DNA from: Nemertoderma westbladi
Lineage: Eukaryota > Animalia > Xenacoelomorpha
NCBI GenBank assembly: GCA_032718475.1
Contig: JAUCBJ010004019.1
Span: forward strand, 1 to 50,429
Direction: 5' to 3'
Length of the DNA: 50,429 nt
Shown here: positions 25,501-39,644 of the stretch, piece after piece
Layout of the letters: the number at the start of each line of letters is the position of its first letter
Position numbering within the stretch: position 1 is the stretch's first letter
Translations under genes and position numbers: made by a program
Notes under the pieces: model-generated
What the model was told of the DNA's origin: nothing
Databases searched by the model: none
The model's input: the letters and a program-made list of their open reading frames with translations, nothing else

Positions 25501-28500
25501 AAGTGCATCGTTAATAAACGGCTATATGCTGCACTACATAGGTGATGATGTTCATCGTTAATGAATGGCTATATGCTGCACTACATTGGTGATGATGTTC
25601 ATCGTTAATGAACGGCTATATGCTGCCCTAAAAAGGTGATGAAGTGCATCGTTAATAAACGGCTATATGCTGCCCTACAAAGGTGATGAAGTGCATCGTT
25701 AATAAACGGCTATATGCTGCACTACATAGGTGATGATGTTCATCGTTAATGAATGGCTATATGCTGCACTACATTGGTGATGATGTTCATCGTTAATGAA
25801 TGGCTATATGCTGCACTACATTGGTGATGATGTTCATCGTTAATGAACGGCTATATGCTGCCCTACAAAGGTGATGAAGTGCATCGTTAATAAACGGCTA
25901 TATGCTGCCCTACAAAGGTGATGAAGTTCATCGTTAATAAACGGCTATATGCTGCACTACATAGGTGATGAAGTGTATCGTTAATAAACGGCTATATGCT
26001 GCACTACATTGGTGATGAAGTTCATCGTTAATAACGGCTATATGCTGCACTACATTGGTGATGAAGTTCATCGTTAATAAACGGCTATATGCTGCACTAC
26101 ATTGGTGATGAAGTTCATCGTTAATAAACGGCTATATGCTGCACTACATAGGTGATGAAGTGTATCGTTAATAAACGGCTATATGCTGCACTACATTGGT
26201 GATGAAGTTCATCGTTAATAACGGCTATATGCTGCACTACATTGGTGATGAAGTTCATCGTTAATAAACGGCTATATGCTGCACTACATAGGTGATGAAG
26301 TGTATCGTTAATAAACGGCTATATGCTGCACTACATTGGTGATGAAGTTCATCGTTAATAACGGCTATATGCTGCACTACATTGGTGATGAAGTTCATCG
26401 TTAATAAACGGCTATATGCTGCACTACATTGGTGATGAAGTTCATCGTTAATAAACGGCTATATGCTGCACTACATTGGTGATGATGTTCATCGTTAATG
26501 AATGGCTATATGCTGCACTACAAAGGTGATGAAGTTCATCGTTAATAAACGGCTATATGCTGCACTACAAAGGTGATGAAGTTCATCGTTAATAAACGGC
26601 TATATGCTGCCCTACAAAGGTGATGAAGTTCATCGTTAATAAACGGCTATATGCTGCACTACATTGGTGATGAAGTTCATCGTTAATAAACAGCTATATG
26701 CTGCACTACATTGGTGATGAAGTTCATCGTTAATAAACAGCTATATGCTGCACTACATTGGTGATGATGTTTATCGTTAATGAATGGCTATATGCTGCAC
26801 TACATTGGTGATTAAGTTCATCGTTAATAAACGGCTATATGCTGCACTACATTGGTGATGAAGTTCATCGTTAATAAACGGCTGTATGCTGCACTACATT
26901 GGTGATTAAGTTCATCGTTAATAAACGGCTATATGCTGCACTACATTGGTGATGAAGTTCATCGTTAATAAACAGCTATATGCTGCACTACATTGGTGAT
27001 GATGTTTATCGTTAATGAATGGCTATATGCTGCACTACATTGGTGATTAAGTTCATCGTTAATAAACGGCTATATGCTGCACTACATTGGTGATGAAGTT
27101 CATCGTTAATAAACGGCTATATGCTGTACTACATAGGTGATGAAGTTCATCATTAATAAACGGCTATATGCTGCACTACATTGGTGATGAAGTTCATCGT
27201 TAATAAACGGCTATATGCTGCACTACATAGGTGATGATGTTCATCGTTAATGAATGGCTATATGCTGCACTACATAGGTGATGAAGTTCATCGTTAATAA
27301 ACGGCTATATGCTGCACTACATAGGTGATGAAGTTCATCGTTAATAAACGGCTATATGCTGCACTACATTGGTGATTAAGTTCATCGTTAATAAACGGCT
27401 ATATGCTGCACTACATTGGTGATTAAGTTCATCGTTAATAAACGGCTATATGCTGCACTACATTGGTGATGAAGTTCATCGTTAATAAACGGCTATATGC
27501 TGCCCTACAAAGGTGATGAAGTGCATCGTTAATAAACGGCTATATGCTGCCCTACAAAGGTGATGAAGTGCATCGTTAATAAACGGCTATATGCTGCCCT
27601 ACAAAGGTGATGAAGTGCATCGTTAATAAACGGCTATATGCTGCACTACATTGGTGATGAAGTTCATCGTTAATAAACGGCTATATGCTGCACTACAAAG
27701 GTGATGAAGTTTATCGTTAATAAACGGCTATATGCTGCACTACATAGGCGATGAAGTTCATCGTTAATGAACGGCTATATGCTGCACTACATAGGTGATG
27801 AAGTGTATCGTTAATAAACGGCTATATGCTGCACTACAAAGGTGATGAAGTTTATCGTTAATAAACGGCTATATGCTGCACTACAAAGGTGATGAAGTTC
27901 ATCATTAATAAACGGCTATATGCTGCACTAGAAAGGTGATGAAGTTCATCGTTATTAAACGGCTATATGCTGCACTACAAAGGTGATGAAGTGCATCGTT
28001 AATAAACGGCCATATGCTGCACTACATAGGTGATGAAGTTCATCGTTAATAAACGGCTATATGCTGCACTACATTGGTGATGAAGTTCATCGTTAATAAA
28101 CGGCTATATGCTGCACTACATAGGTGATGAATTTCATCGTTAATAAACGGCTATATGCTGCACTACAAAGGTGATGAAGTTAATCGTTAATAAACGGCTA
28201 TATGCTGCACTACAAAGGTTATGAAGTGCATCGTTAATAAACGGCTATATGCTGCACTACATAGGTGGAAGTTCATCACTAATAAACGGCTATATGCTGC
28301 ACTACATAGGTGGAAGTTCATAATTAATAAACGGCTATATGCTGCACTACATTGGTGATGATGTTCATCATTAATGAATGGATATATGCTGCACTACATT
28401 GGTGATGATGTTCATCGTTAATGAACGGCTATATGCTGCACTACATAGGTGATGAAGTTCATCGTTAATAAACGGCTATATGCTGCCCTACAAAGGTTAT

Positions 28501-31500
28501 GAAGTTCATCGTTAATAAACGGCTATATGCTGCCCTACAAAGGTGATGAAGTTCATCGTTAATAAACGGCTATATGCTGCACTACATAGGTGATGAAGTG
28601 TATCGTTAATAAACGGCTATATGCTGCACTACATTGGTGATGAAGTTCATCGTTAATAAACGGCTATATGCTGCACTACATTGGTGATGAAGTTCATCGT
28701 TAATAAACGGCTATATGCTGCACTACGAAGGTGATGAAGTTCATCGTTAATAAACGGCTATATGCTGCACTACAAAGGTTATGAAGTTCATCGTTAATAA
28801 ACGGCTATATGCTGCCCTACAAAGGTGATGAAGTTCATCGTTAATAAACGGCTATATGCTGCACTACATTGGTGATGAAGTTCATCGTTAATAAACAGCT
28901 ATATGCTGCACTACATTGGTGATGATGTTCATCGTTAATGAATGGCTATATGCTGCACTACATTGGTGATGATGTTCATCGTTAATGAACGGCTATATGC
29001 TGCACTACATAGGTGATGAAGTTCATCGTTAATAAACGGCTATATGCTGCACTACATTGGTGATGAAGTTCATCGTTAATAAACGGCTATATGCTGCACT
29101 ACAAAGGTGATGAAGTTCATCGTTAATAAACGGCTATATGCTGCACTACATAGGCGATGAAGTTCATCGTTAATAAACGGCTATATGCTGCACTACATTG
29201 GTGATTAAGTTCATCGTTAATAAACGGCTATATGCTGCACTACAAAGGTGATGAAGTTCATCGTTAATAAACGGCTATATGCTGCACTACAAAGGTGATG
29301 AAGTTCATCGTTAATAAACGGCTATATGCTGCACTACATTGGTGATGATGTTCATCGTTAATGAATGGCTATATGCTGCACTACATTGGTGATGATGTTC
29401 ATCGTTAATGAATGGCTATATGCTGCACTACATTGGTGATGATGTTCATCGTTAATGAACGGCTATATGCTGCCCTACAAAGGTGATGAAGTGCATCGTT
29501 AATAAACGGCTATATGCTGCACTACATAGGTGATGATGTTCATCGTTAATGAATGGCTATATGCTGCACTACATTGGTGATGATGTTCATCGTTAATGAA
29601 TGGCTATATGCTGCACTACATTGGTGATGATGTTCATCGTTAATGAACGGCTATATGCTGCCCTACAAAGGTGATGAAGTGCATCGTTAATAAACGGCTA
29701 TATGCTGCACTACATAGGCGATGAAGTTCATCGTTAATAAACGGCTATATGCTGCACTACATTGGTGATTAAGTTCATCGTTAATAAACGGCTATATGCT
29801 GCACTACAAAGGTGATGAAGTTCATCGTTAATAAACGGCTATATGCTGCACTACAAAGGTGATGAAGTTCATCGTTAATAAACGGCTATATGCTGCACTA
29901 CAAAGGTGATGAAGTTCATCGTTAATAAACGGCTATATGCTGCACTACATTGGTGATTAAGTTCATCGTTAATAAACGGCTATATGCTGCACTACATTGG
30001 TGATTAAGTTCATCGTTAATAAACGGCTATATGCTGCACTACATTGGTGATGAAGTTCATCGTTAATAAACGGCTATATGCTGCCCTACAAAGGTGATGA
30101 AGTGCATCGTTAATAAACGGCTATATGCTGCCCTACAAAGGTGATGAAGTGCATCGTTAATAAACGGCTATATGCTGCCCTACAAAGGTGATGAAGTGCA
30201 TCGTTAATAAACGGCTATATGCTGCACTACATTGGTGATGAAGTTCATCGTTAATAAACGGCTATATGCTGCACTACAAAGGTGATGAAGTTTATCGTTA
30301 ATAAACGGCTATATGCTGCACTACATAGGCGATGAAGTTCATCGTTAATGAACGGCTATATGCTGCACTACATAGGTGATGAAGTGTATCGTTAATAAAC
30401 GGCTATATGCTGCACTACAAAGGTGATGAAGTTTATCGTTAATAAACGGCTATATGCTGCACTACAAAGGTGATGAAGTTCATCATTAATAAACGGCTAT
30501 ATGCTGCACTAGAAAGGTGATGAAGTTCATCGTTAATAAACAGCTATATGCTGCACTACATTGGTGATGAAGTTCATCGTTAATAAACAGCTATATGCTG
30601 CACTACATTGGTGATGATGTTTATCGTTAATGAATGGCTATATGCTGCACTACATTGGTGATTAAGTTCATCGTTAATAAACGGCTATATGCTGCACTAC
30701 ATTGGTGATGAAGTTCATCGTTAATAAACGGCTGTATGCTGCACTACATTGGTGATTAAGTTCATCGTTAATAAACGGCTATATGCTGCACTACATTGGT
30801 GATGAAGTTCATCGTTAATAAACAGCTATATGCTGCACTACATTGGTGATGATGTTTATCGTTAATGAATGGCTATATGCTGCACTACATTGGTGATTAA
30901 GTTCATCGTTAATAAACGGCTATATGCTGCATTACATTGGTGATGAAGTTCATCGTTAATAAACGGCTATATGCTGTACTACATAGGTGATGAAGTTCAT
31001 CATTAATAAACGGCTATATGCTGCACTACATTGGTGATGAAGTTCATCGTTAATAAACGGCTATATGCTGCACTACATAGGTGATGATGTTCATCGTTAA
31101 TGAATGGCTATATGCTGCACTACATAGGTGATGAAGTTCATCGTTAATAAACGGCTATATGCTGCACTACATAGGTGATGAAGTTCATCGTTAATAAACG
31201 GCTATATGCTGCACTACATTGGTGATTAAGTTCATCGTTAATAAACGGCTATATGCTGCACTACATTGGTGATTAAGTTCATCGTTAATAAACGGCTATA
31301 TGCTGCACTACATTGGTGATGAAGTTCATCGTTAATAAACGGCTATATGCTGCCCTACAAAGGTGATGAAGTGCATCGTTAATAAACGGCTATATGCTGC
31401 CCTACAAAGGTGATGAAGTGCATCGTTAATAAACGGCTATATGCTGCCCTACAAAGGTGATGAAGTGCATCGTTAATAAACGGCTATATGCTGCACTACA

Positions 31501-34500
31501 TTGGTGATGAAGTTCATCGTTAATAAACGGCTATATGCTGCACTACAAAGGTGATGAAGTTTATCGTTAATAAACGGCTATATGCTGCACTACATAGGCG
31601 ATGAAGTTCATCGTTAATGAACGGCTATATGCTGCACTACATAGGTGATGAAGTGTATCGTTAATAAACGGCTATATGCTGCACTACAAAGGTGATGAAG
31701 TTTATCGTTAATAAACGGCTATATGCTGCACTACAAAGGTGATGAAGTTCATCATTAATAAACGGCTATATGCTGCACTAGAAAGGTGATGAAGTTCATC
31801 GTTAATAAACGGCTATATGCTGCACTACAAAGGTGATGAAGTGCATCGTTAATAAACGGCCATATGCTGCACTACATAGGTGATGAAGTTCATCGTTAAT
31901 AAACGGCTATATGCTGCACTACATTGGTGATGAAGTTCATCGTTAATAAACGGCTATATGCTGCACTACATAGGTGATGAATTTCATCGTTAATAAACGG
32001 CTATATGCTGCACTACAAAGGTGATGAAGTTAATCGTTAATAAACGGCTATATGCTGCACTACAAAGGTTATGAAGTGCATCGTTAATAAACGGCTATAT
32101 GCTGCACTACATAGGTGGAAGTTCATCACTAATAAACGGCTATATGCTGCACTACATAGGTGGAAGTTCATAATTAATAAACGGCTATATGCTGCACTAC
32201 ATTGGTGATGATGTTCATCATTAATGAATGGATATATGCTGCACTACATTGGTGATGATGTTCATCGTTAATGAACGGCTATATGCTGCACTACATAGGT
32301 GATGAAGTTCATCGTTAATAAACGGCTATATGCTGCCCTACAAAGGTTATGAAGTTCATCGTTAATAAACGGCTATATGCTGCCCTACAAAGGTGATGAA
32401 GTTCATCGTTAATAAACGGCTATATGCTGCACTACATAGGTGATGAAGTGTATCGTTAATAAACGGCTATATGCTGCACTACATTGGTGATGAAGTTCAT
32501 CGTTAATAAACGGCTATATGCTGCACTACATTGGTGATGAAGTTCATCGTTAATAAACGGCTATATGCTGCACTACGAAGGTGATGAAGTTCATCGTTAA
32601 TAAACGGCTATATGCTGCACTACAAAGGTTATGAAGTTCATCGTTAATAAACGGCTATATGCTGCCCTACAAAGGTGATGAAGTTCATCGTTAATAAACG
32701 GCTATATGCTGCACTACATTGGTGATGAAGTTCATCGTTAATAAACAGCTATATGCTGCACTACATTGGTGATGATGTTCATCGTTAATGAATGGCTATA
32801 TGCTGCACTACATTGGTGATGATGTTCATCGTTAATGAACGGCTATATGCTGCACTACATAGGTGATGAAGTTCATCGTTAATAAACGGCTATATGCTGC
32901 ACTACATTGGTGATGAAGTTCATCGTTAATAAACGGCTATATGCTGCACTACAAAGGTGATGAAGTTCATCGTTAATAAACGGCTATATGCTGCACTACA
33001 TAGGCGATGAAGTTCATCGTTAATAAACGGCTATATGCTGCACTACATTGGTGATTAAGTTCATCGTTAATAAACGGCTATATGCTGCACTACAAAGGTG
33101 ATGAAGTTCATCGTTAATAAACGGCTATATGCTGCACTACAAAGGTGATGAAGTTCATCGTTAATAAACGGCTATATGCTGCACTACATTGGTGATGATG
33201 TTCATCGTTAATGAATGGCTATATGCTGCACTACATTGGTGATGATGTTCATCGTTAATGAATGGCTATATGCTGCACTACATTGGTGATGATGTTCATC
33301 GTTAATGAACGGCTATATGCTGCCCTACAAAGGTGATGAAGTGCATCGTTAATAAACGGCTATATGCTGCACTACATAGGTGATGATGTTCATCGTTAAT
33401 GAATGGCTATATGCTGCACTACATTGGTGATGATGTTCATCGTTAATGAATGGCTATATGCTGCACTACATTGGTGATGATGTTCATCGTTAATGAACGG
33501 CTATATGCTGCCCTACAAAGGTGATGAAGTGCATCGTTAATAAACGGCTATATGCTGCACTACATAGGCGATGAAGTTCATCGTTAATAAACGGCTATAT
33601 GCTGCACTACATTGGTGATTAAGTTCATCGTTAATAAACGGCTATATGCTGCACTACAAAGGTGATGAAGTTCATCGTTAATAAACGGCTATATGCTGCA
33701 CTACAAAGGTGATGAAGTTCATCGTTAATAAACGGCTATATGCTGCACTACAAAGGTGATGAAGTTCATCGTTAATAAACGGCTATATGCTGCCCTACAA
33801 AGGTGATGAAGTGCATCGTTAATAAACGGCTATATGCTGCCCTACAAAGGTGATGAAGTGCGTCGTTAATAAACGGCTATATGCTGCACTACATAGGTGA
33901 TGATGTTCATCGTTAATGAATGGCTATATGCTGCACTACATTGGTGATGATGTTCATCGTTAATGAACGGCTATATGCTGCCCTACAAAGGTGATGAAGT
34001 GCATCGTTAATAAACGGCTATATGCTGCCCTACAAAGGTGATGAAGTGCATCGTTAATAAACGGCTATATGCTGCACTACATAGGTGATGATGTTCATCG
34101 TTAATGAATGGCTATATGCTGCACTACATTGGTGATGATGTTCATCGTTAATGAATGGCTATATGCTGCACTACATTGGTGATGATGTTCATCGTTAATG
34201 AACGGCTATATGCTGCCCTACAAAGGTGATGAAGTGCATCGTTAATAAACGGCTATATGCTGCCCTACAAAGGTGATGAAGTTCATCGTTAATAAACGGC
34301 TATATGCTGCACTACATAGGTGATGAAGTGTATCGTTAATAAACGGCTATATGCTGCACTACATTGGTGATGAAGTTCATCGTTAATAACGGCTATATGC
34401 TGCACTACATTGGTGATGAAGTTCATCGTTAATAAACGGCTATATGCTGCACTACATTGGTGATGAAGTTCATCGTTAATAAACGGCTATATGCTGCACT

Positions 34501-36944
34501 ACATAGGTGATGAAGTGTATCGTTAATAAACGGCTATATGCTGCACTACATTGGTGATGAAGTTCATCGTTAATAACGGCTATATGCTGCACTACATTGG
34601 TGATGAAGTTCATCGTTAATAAACGGCTATATGCTGCACTACATAGGTGATGAAGTGTATCGTTAATAAACGGCTATATGCTGCACTACATTGGTGATGA
34701 AGTTCATCGTTAATAACGGCTATATGCTGCACTACATTGGTGATGAAGTTCATCGTTAATAAACGGCTATATGCTGCACTACATTGGTGATGAAGTTCAT
34801 CGTTAATAAACGGCTATATGCTGCACTACATTGGTGATGATGTTCATCGTTAATGAATGGCTATATGCTGCACTACAAAGGTGATGAAGTTCATCGTTAA
34901 TAAACGGCTATATGCTGCACTACAAAGGTGATGAAGTTCATCGTTAATAAACGGCTATATGCTGCCCTACAAAGGTGATGAAGTTCATCGTTAATAAACG
35001 GCTATATGCTGCACTACATTGGTGATGAAGTTCATCGTTAATAAACAGCTATATGCTGCACTACATTGGTGATGAAGTTCATCGTTAATAAACAGCTATA
35101 TGCTGCACTACATTGGTGATGATGTTTATCGTTAATGAATGGCTATATGCTGCACTACATTGGTGATTAAGTTCATCGTTAATAAACGGCTATATGCTGC
35201 ACTACATTGGTGATGAAGTTCATCGTTAATAAACGGCTGTATGCTGCACTACATTGGTGATTAAGTTCATCGTTAATAAACGGCTATATGCTGCACTACA
35301 TTGGTGATGAAGTTCATCGTTAATAAACAGCTATATGCTGCACTACATTGGTGATGATGTTTATCGTTAATGAATGGCTATATGCTGCACTACATTGGTG
35401 ATTAAGTTCATCGTTAATAAACGGCTATATGCTGCACTACATTGGTGATGAAGTTCATCGTTAATAAACGGCTATATGCTGTACTACATAGGTGATGAAG
35501 TTCATCATTAATAAACGGCTATATGCTGCACTACATTGGTGATGAAGTTCATCGTTAATAAACGGCTATATGCTGCACTACATAGGTGATGATGTTCATC
35601 GTTAATGAATGGCTATATGCTGCACTACATAGGTGATGAAGTTCATCGTTAATAAACGGCTATATGCTGCACTACATAGGTGATGAAGTTCATCGTTAAT
35701 AAACGGCTATATGCTGCACTACATTGGTGATTAAGTTCATCGTTAATAAACGGCTATATGCTGCACTACATTGGTGATTAAGTTCATCGTTAATAAACGG
35801 CTATATGCTGCACTACATTGGTGATGAAGTTCATCGTTAATAAACGGCTATATGCTGCCCTACAAAGGTGATGAAGTGCATCGTTAATAAACGGCTATAT
35901 GCTGCCCTACAAAGGTGATGAAGTGCATCGTTAATAAACGGCTATATGCTGCCCTACAAAGGTGATGAAGTGCATCGTTAATAAACGGCTATATGCTGCA
36001 CTACATTGGTGATGAAGTTCATCGTTAATAAACGGCTATATGCTGCACTACAAAGGTGATGAAGTTTATCGTTAATAAACGGCTATATGCTGCACTACAT
36101 AGGCGATGAAGTTCATCGTTAATGAACGGCTATATGCTGCACTACATAGGTGATGAAGTGTATCGTTAATAAACGGCTATATGCTGCACTACAAAGGTGA
36201 TGAAGTTTATCGTTAATAAACGGCTATATGCTGCACTACAAAGGTGATGAAGTTCATCATTAATAAACGGCTATATGCTGCACTAGAAAGGTGATGAAGT
36301 TCATCGTTAATAAACGGCTATATGCTGCACTACAAAGGTGATGAAGTGCATCGTTAATAAACGGCCATATGCTGCACTACATAGGTGATGAAGTTCATCG
36401 TTAATAAACGGCTATATGCTGCACTACATTGGTGATGAAGTTCATCGTTAATAAACGGCTATATGCTGCACTACATAGGTGATGAATTTCATCGTTAATA
36501 AACGGCTATATGCTGCACTACAAAGGTGATGAAGTTAATCGTTAATAAACGGCTATATGCTGCACTACAAAGGTTATGAAGTGCATCGTTAATAAACGGC
36601 TATATGCTGCACTACATAGGTGGAAGTTCATCACTAATAAACGGCTATATGCTGCACTACATAGGTGGAAGTTCATAATTAATAAACGGCTATATGCTGC
36701 ACTACAAAGGTGATGAAGTTCATCGTTAATAAACGGCTATATGCTGCACTACAAAGGTGATGAAGTTCATCGTTAATAAACGGCTATATGCTGCACTACA
36801 AAGGTGATGAAGTGTCATCGTTAATAAACGGCTATATGCTGCACTACATAGGTGATGAAGTTTATCGTTAATAAACGGCTATATGCTGCACTACAAAGGT
36901 GATGAAGTTCATCGTTAATAAACGGCTATTTGCTGCACTACATA
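16525..36944. repeat. Satellite array, 47-bp unit (A/T)(A/T)GGTGATGAAGTTCATCGTTAATAAACGGCTATATGCTGCACTACA, ~434 copies, with higher-order duplications
   Basis: Uninterrupted tandem repetition over ~20.4 kb. Internal palindrome GATGAA-G-TTCATC. Rare variants recur at 4505- and 3850-bp spacing. Confidence 0.99.
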
Positions 36945-37025
36945 TTAACTAAGGGGCTGGTTTCACAGTTTCAATTCGGAAATGCGGAGATCAGCTGACC
37001 GACGCCTTACAAGAGGATCTTAACA

Positions 37026-38498
37026 ATACGATTGACAGAGCCCGCACACGTGTTTCTATACGATTAACAGACCCCGCACACGTGTTTCTATACGATTGAC
37101 AGAGCCCGCACACGTGTTTCTATACGATTAACAGACCCCGCACACGTGTTTCTATACGATTGACAGAGCCCGCACACGTGTTTCTATACGATTGACAGAC
37201 CCCGCACACGTGTTTCTATACGATTGACAGAACCCGCACACGTGTTTCTATACGATTGACAGAACCCGCACACGTGTTTCTATACGATTGACAGAGCCCG
37301 CACACGTGTTTCTATACGATTGACAGACCCCGCACACGTGTTTCTATACGATTAACAGAGCCCGCACACATGTTTCTATACGATTAACAGACCCCGCACA
37401 CGTGTTTCTATACGATTGACAGAACCCGCACACGTGTTTCTATACGATTGACAGACCCCGCACACGTGTTTCTATACGATTGACAGAGCCCGCACACGTG
37501 TTTCTATACGATTGACAGCACCCGCACACGTGTTTCTATACGATTAACAGACCTCCGCACACGTGTTTCTATACGATTGACAGAGCCCGCACACGTGTTT
37601 CTATACGATTAACAGACCCCGCACACGTGTTTCTATACGATTAACAGACCCCGCACACGTGTTTCTATACGATTGACAGAGCCCGCACACGTGTTTCTAT
37701 ACGATTGACAGAGCCCGCACACGTGTTTCTATACGATTAACAGACCCCGCACACGTGTTTCTATACGATTGACAGAACCTCGCACACGTGTTTCTATACG
37801 ATTGACAGAACCCGCACACGTGTTTCTATACGATTGACAGAGCCCGCACACGTGTTTCTATACGATTGACAGAGCCCGCACACGTGTTTCTATACGATTA
37901 ACAGACCCCGCACACGTGTTTCTATACGATTGACAGAACCCGCACACGTGTTTCTATACGATTGACAGAGACCCCGCACACGTGTTTCTATACGATTGAC
38001 AGAGCCCGCACACGTGTTTCTATACGATTAACAGACCCCGCACACGTGTTTCTATACGATTGACAGAACCCGCACACGTGTTTCTATACGATTGACAGAA
38101 CCCGCACATGTGTTTCTATACGATTAACAGACCCCGCACACGTGTTTCTATACGATTAACAGACCCCGCACACGTGTTTCTATACGATTAACAGAGCCCG
38201 CACACGTGTTTCTATACGATTAACAGAACCCGCACACGTGTTTCTATACGATTGACAGAGCCCGCACACGTGTTTCTATACGATTGACAGACCCGCACAC
38301 GTGTTTCTATACGATTAACAGACCCCGCACACGTGTTTCTATACGATTGACAGACCCCGCACACGTGTTTCTATACGATTGACAGAGCCCGCACACGTGT
38401 TTCTATACGATTGACAGAGCCCGCACACGTGTTTCTATACGATTAACAGACCCCGCACACGTGTTTCTATACGATTAACAGACCCCGCACACGTGTTT
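37026..38498. repeat. Minisatellite, 31-32-bp unit TACGATTGACAGAGCCCGCACACGTGTTTCTA, ~46 copies
   Basis: Direct tandem repetition; nearly every unit has the palindrome ACACGTGT (E-box CACGTG). Confidence 0.98.
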
Positions 38499-38968
38499 TG
38501 AGCGGAAATGTTCAAAAACTTTAAATAAATTTTTTTCGCAATGATATGACGTAAAAGTATATATAAGAGAAATATATTTCAACTGCAGATCGCAGCCATT
38601 ATCAATCACAGAATTAGATAATGAATTGGTAACCGGTAGTCGTAGATTCTGTGGCTTAAATATAAATTCTTATAAAGTATGAGATAATATTGCACAAAAC
38701 GACACGAGTCTATAGGAATTTTGGAAGTCCAGAGAAAAGTACCAATTACTTCAAACCATCACCTTCAAGGCAGAACCCCCTAAGTCGATTTTTGTTGTTC
38801 TGAGATAATCGATAAAAATTGTTTATTTTTTAGAGAGATGCCTCAGTTTACTTGTTATTGTGCTTTTTGACAACTAAATATATATAGAATTCATATAACT
38901 AAACTTTCAGTTTGATTTGGAATCACCTTTGAAATATATTGCGGTTTTTTACATAGGTTTTTTATATA

Positions 38969-39485
38969 GGTTCAAACTTCTACCTCCCGAATTGTAAATC
39001 CTTTGAATGTGATACTTTCGTTTTTAACGGTATTAAAAATTGGAACGCTCTGCCTAATGAACTAAAAAACCTAGATAATCAACATTCTTTTAAATCTGCA
39101 GTTAAATCTCACCTCCGTGTGCAATGTAAAAATAGGTACAATAGTCCTACAGTAAGTTATTAGTTTATTAATTATTTACTATTTTACTGTAATTACGTTT
39201 TATAATAAATTGTTCTGTACATTACATCTTTATCGTTGAGTCGGACATTGTCACGCTCTCGGTAAATTTGTTCATGTACATAGTGTAATTACGTTTTATA
39301 TTGGTTTTAGGTTAGCGTAGTGTAATATTGTATTTGTAACCAAGTAACATAAAGGACCCCCTTGGAAATAAGCTGCAAAGCTTTAGGGGTAATCCTATAT
39401 GTTATGTTGGACAATACCTTTATACCGGTACATTGTTTGGTGTATTTGTTATTGTTTTTACATAATGTATAAATAAATCTATCTA
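38969..39485 (+). mobile_element. 5'-truncated CR1-group (Crack/L2-like) LINE: RT C-terminus plus 3' UTR
   Basis: 38969-39163 translates GSNFYLPNCKSFECDTFVFNGIKNWNALPNELKNLDNQHSFKSAVKSHL...* (WNxLP C-terminal LINE motif). The 3' UTR has the stem AGGACCCCCTTGGAAATAAGC..GCTTTAGGGGTAATCCT and tail AATAAATCTATCTA. Confidence 0.8.
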
Positions 39486-39644
39486 TTTTTGTAAAAATTC
39501 TGACTTAGGGTGTTTTGCCAAAACAAGGGGGAACACCGTTTTCTGGTATTATCCCGTAACTATACGATAGTTACGGGGTATTGCCTAGAAAACAAGTTAT
39601 CCTCAATTTGGCAAAACACCATAAGTCCGAAGTTTTACAAAAAA
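39486..39644. mobile_element. ~160-bp imperfect palindrome (foldback MITE-like)
   Basis: Arms TTTTTGTAAAA/TTTTACAAAAA, GACTTA/TAAGTC, GGTGTTTTGCCAAA/TTTGGCAAAACACC, GTTTTCT/AGAAAAC; centre CCCGTAACTAT-acg-ATAGTTACGGG. Confidence 0.75.

Noticed and set aside
16525-36944. 47-bp unit as hammerhead ribozyme, C/D snoRNA or SECIS
   Set aside because: It has GTGATGA but no CTGANGA plus GAAA core, no consistent CTGA D box, and poor SECIS helix pairing.
4226-38498. 34-, 47- and 32-bp arrays as CRISPR arrays
   Set aside because: Units are head-to-tail with no unique spacers, there are no cas genes, and the context is eukaryotic.
36951-38768. Kolobok-like element enclosing the 32-bp minisatellite
   Set aside because: Putative termini (GGGGCTGGTTTCA vs reverse complement GGTGATGGTTTGA) match only 10 of 13 and the TTAA TSD is not intact.
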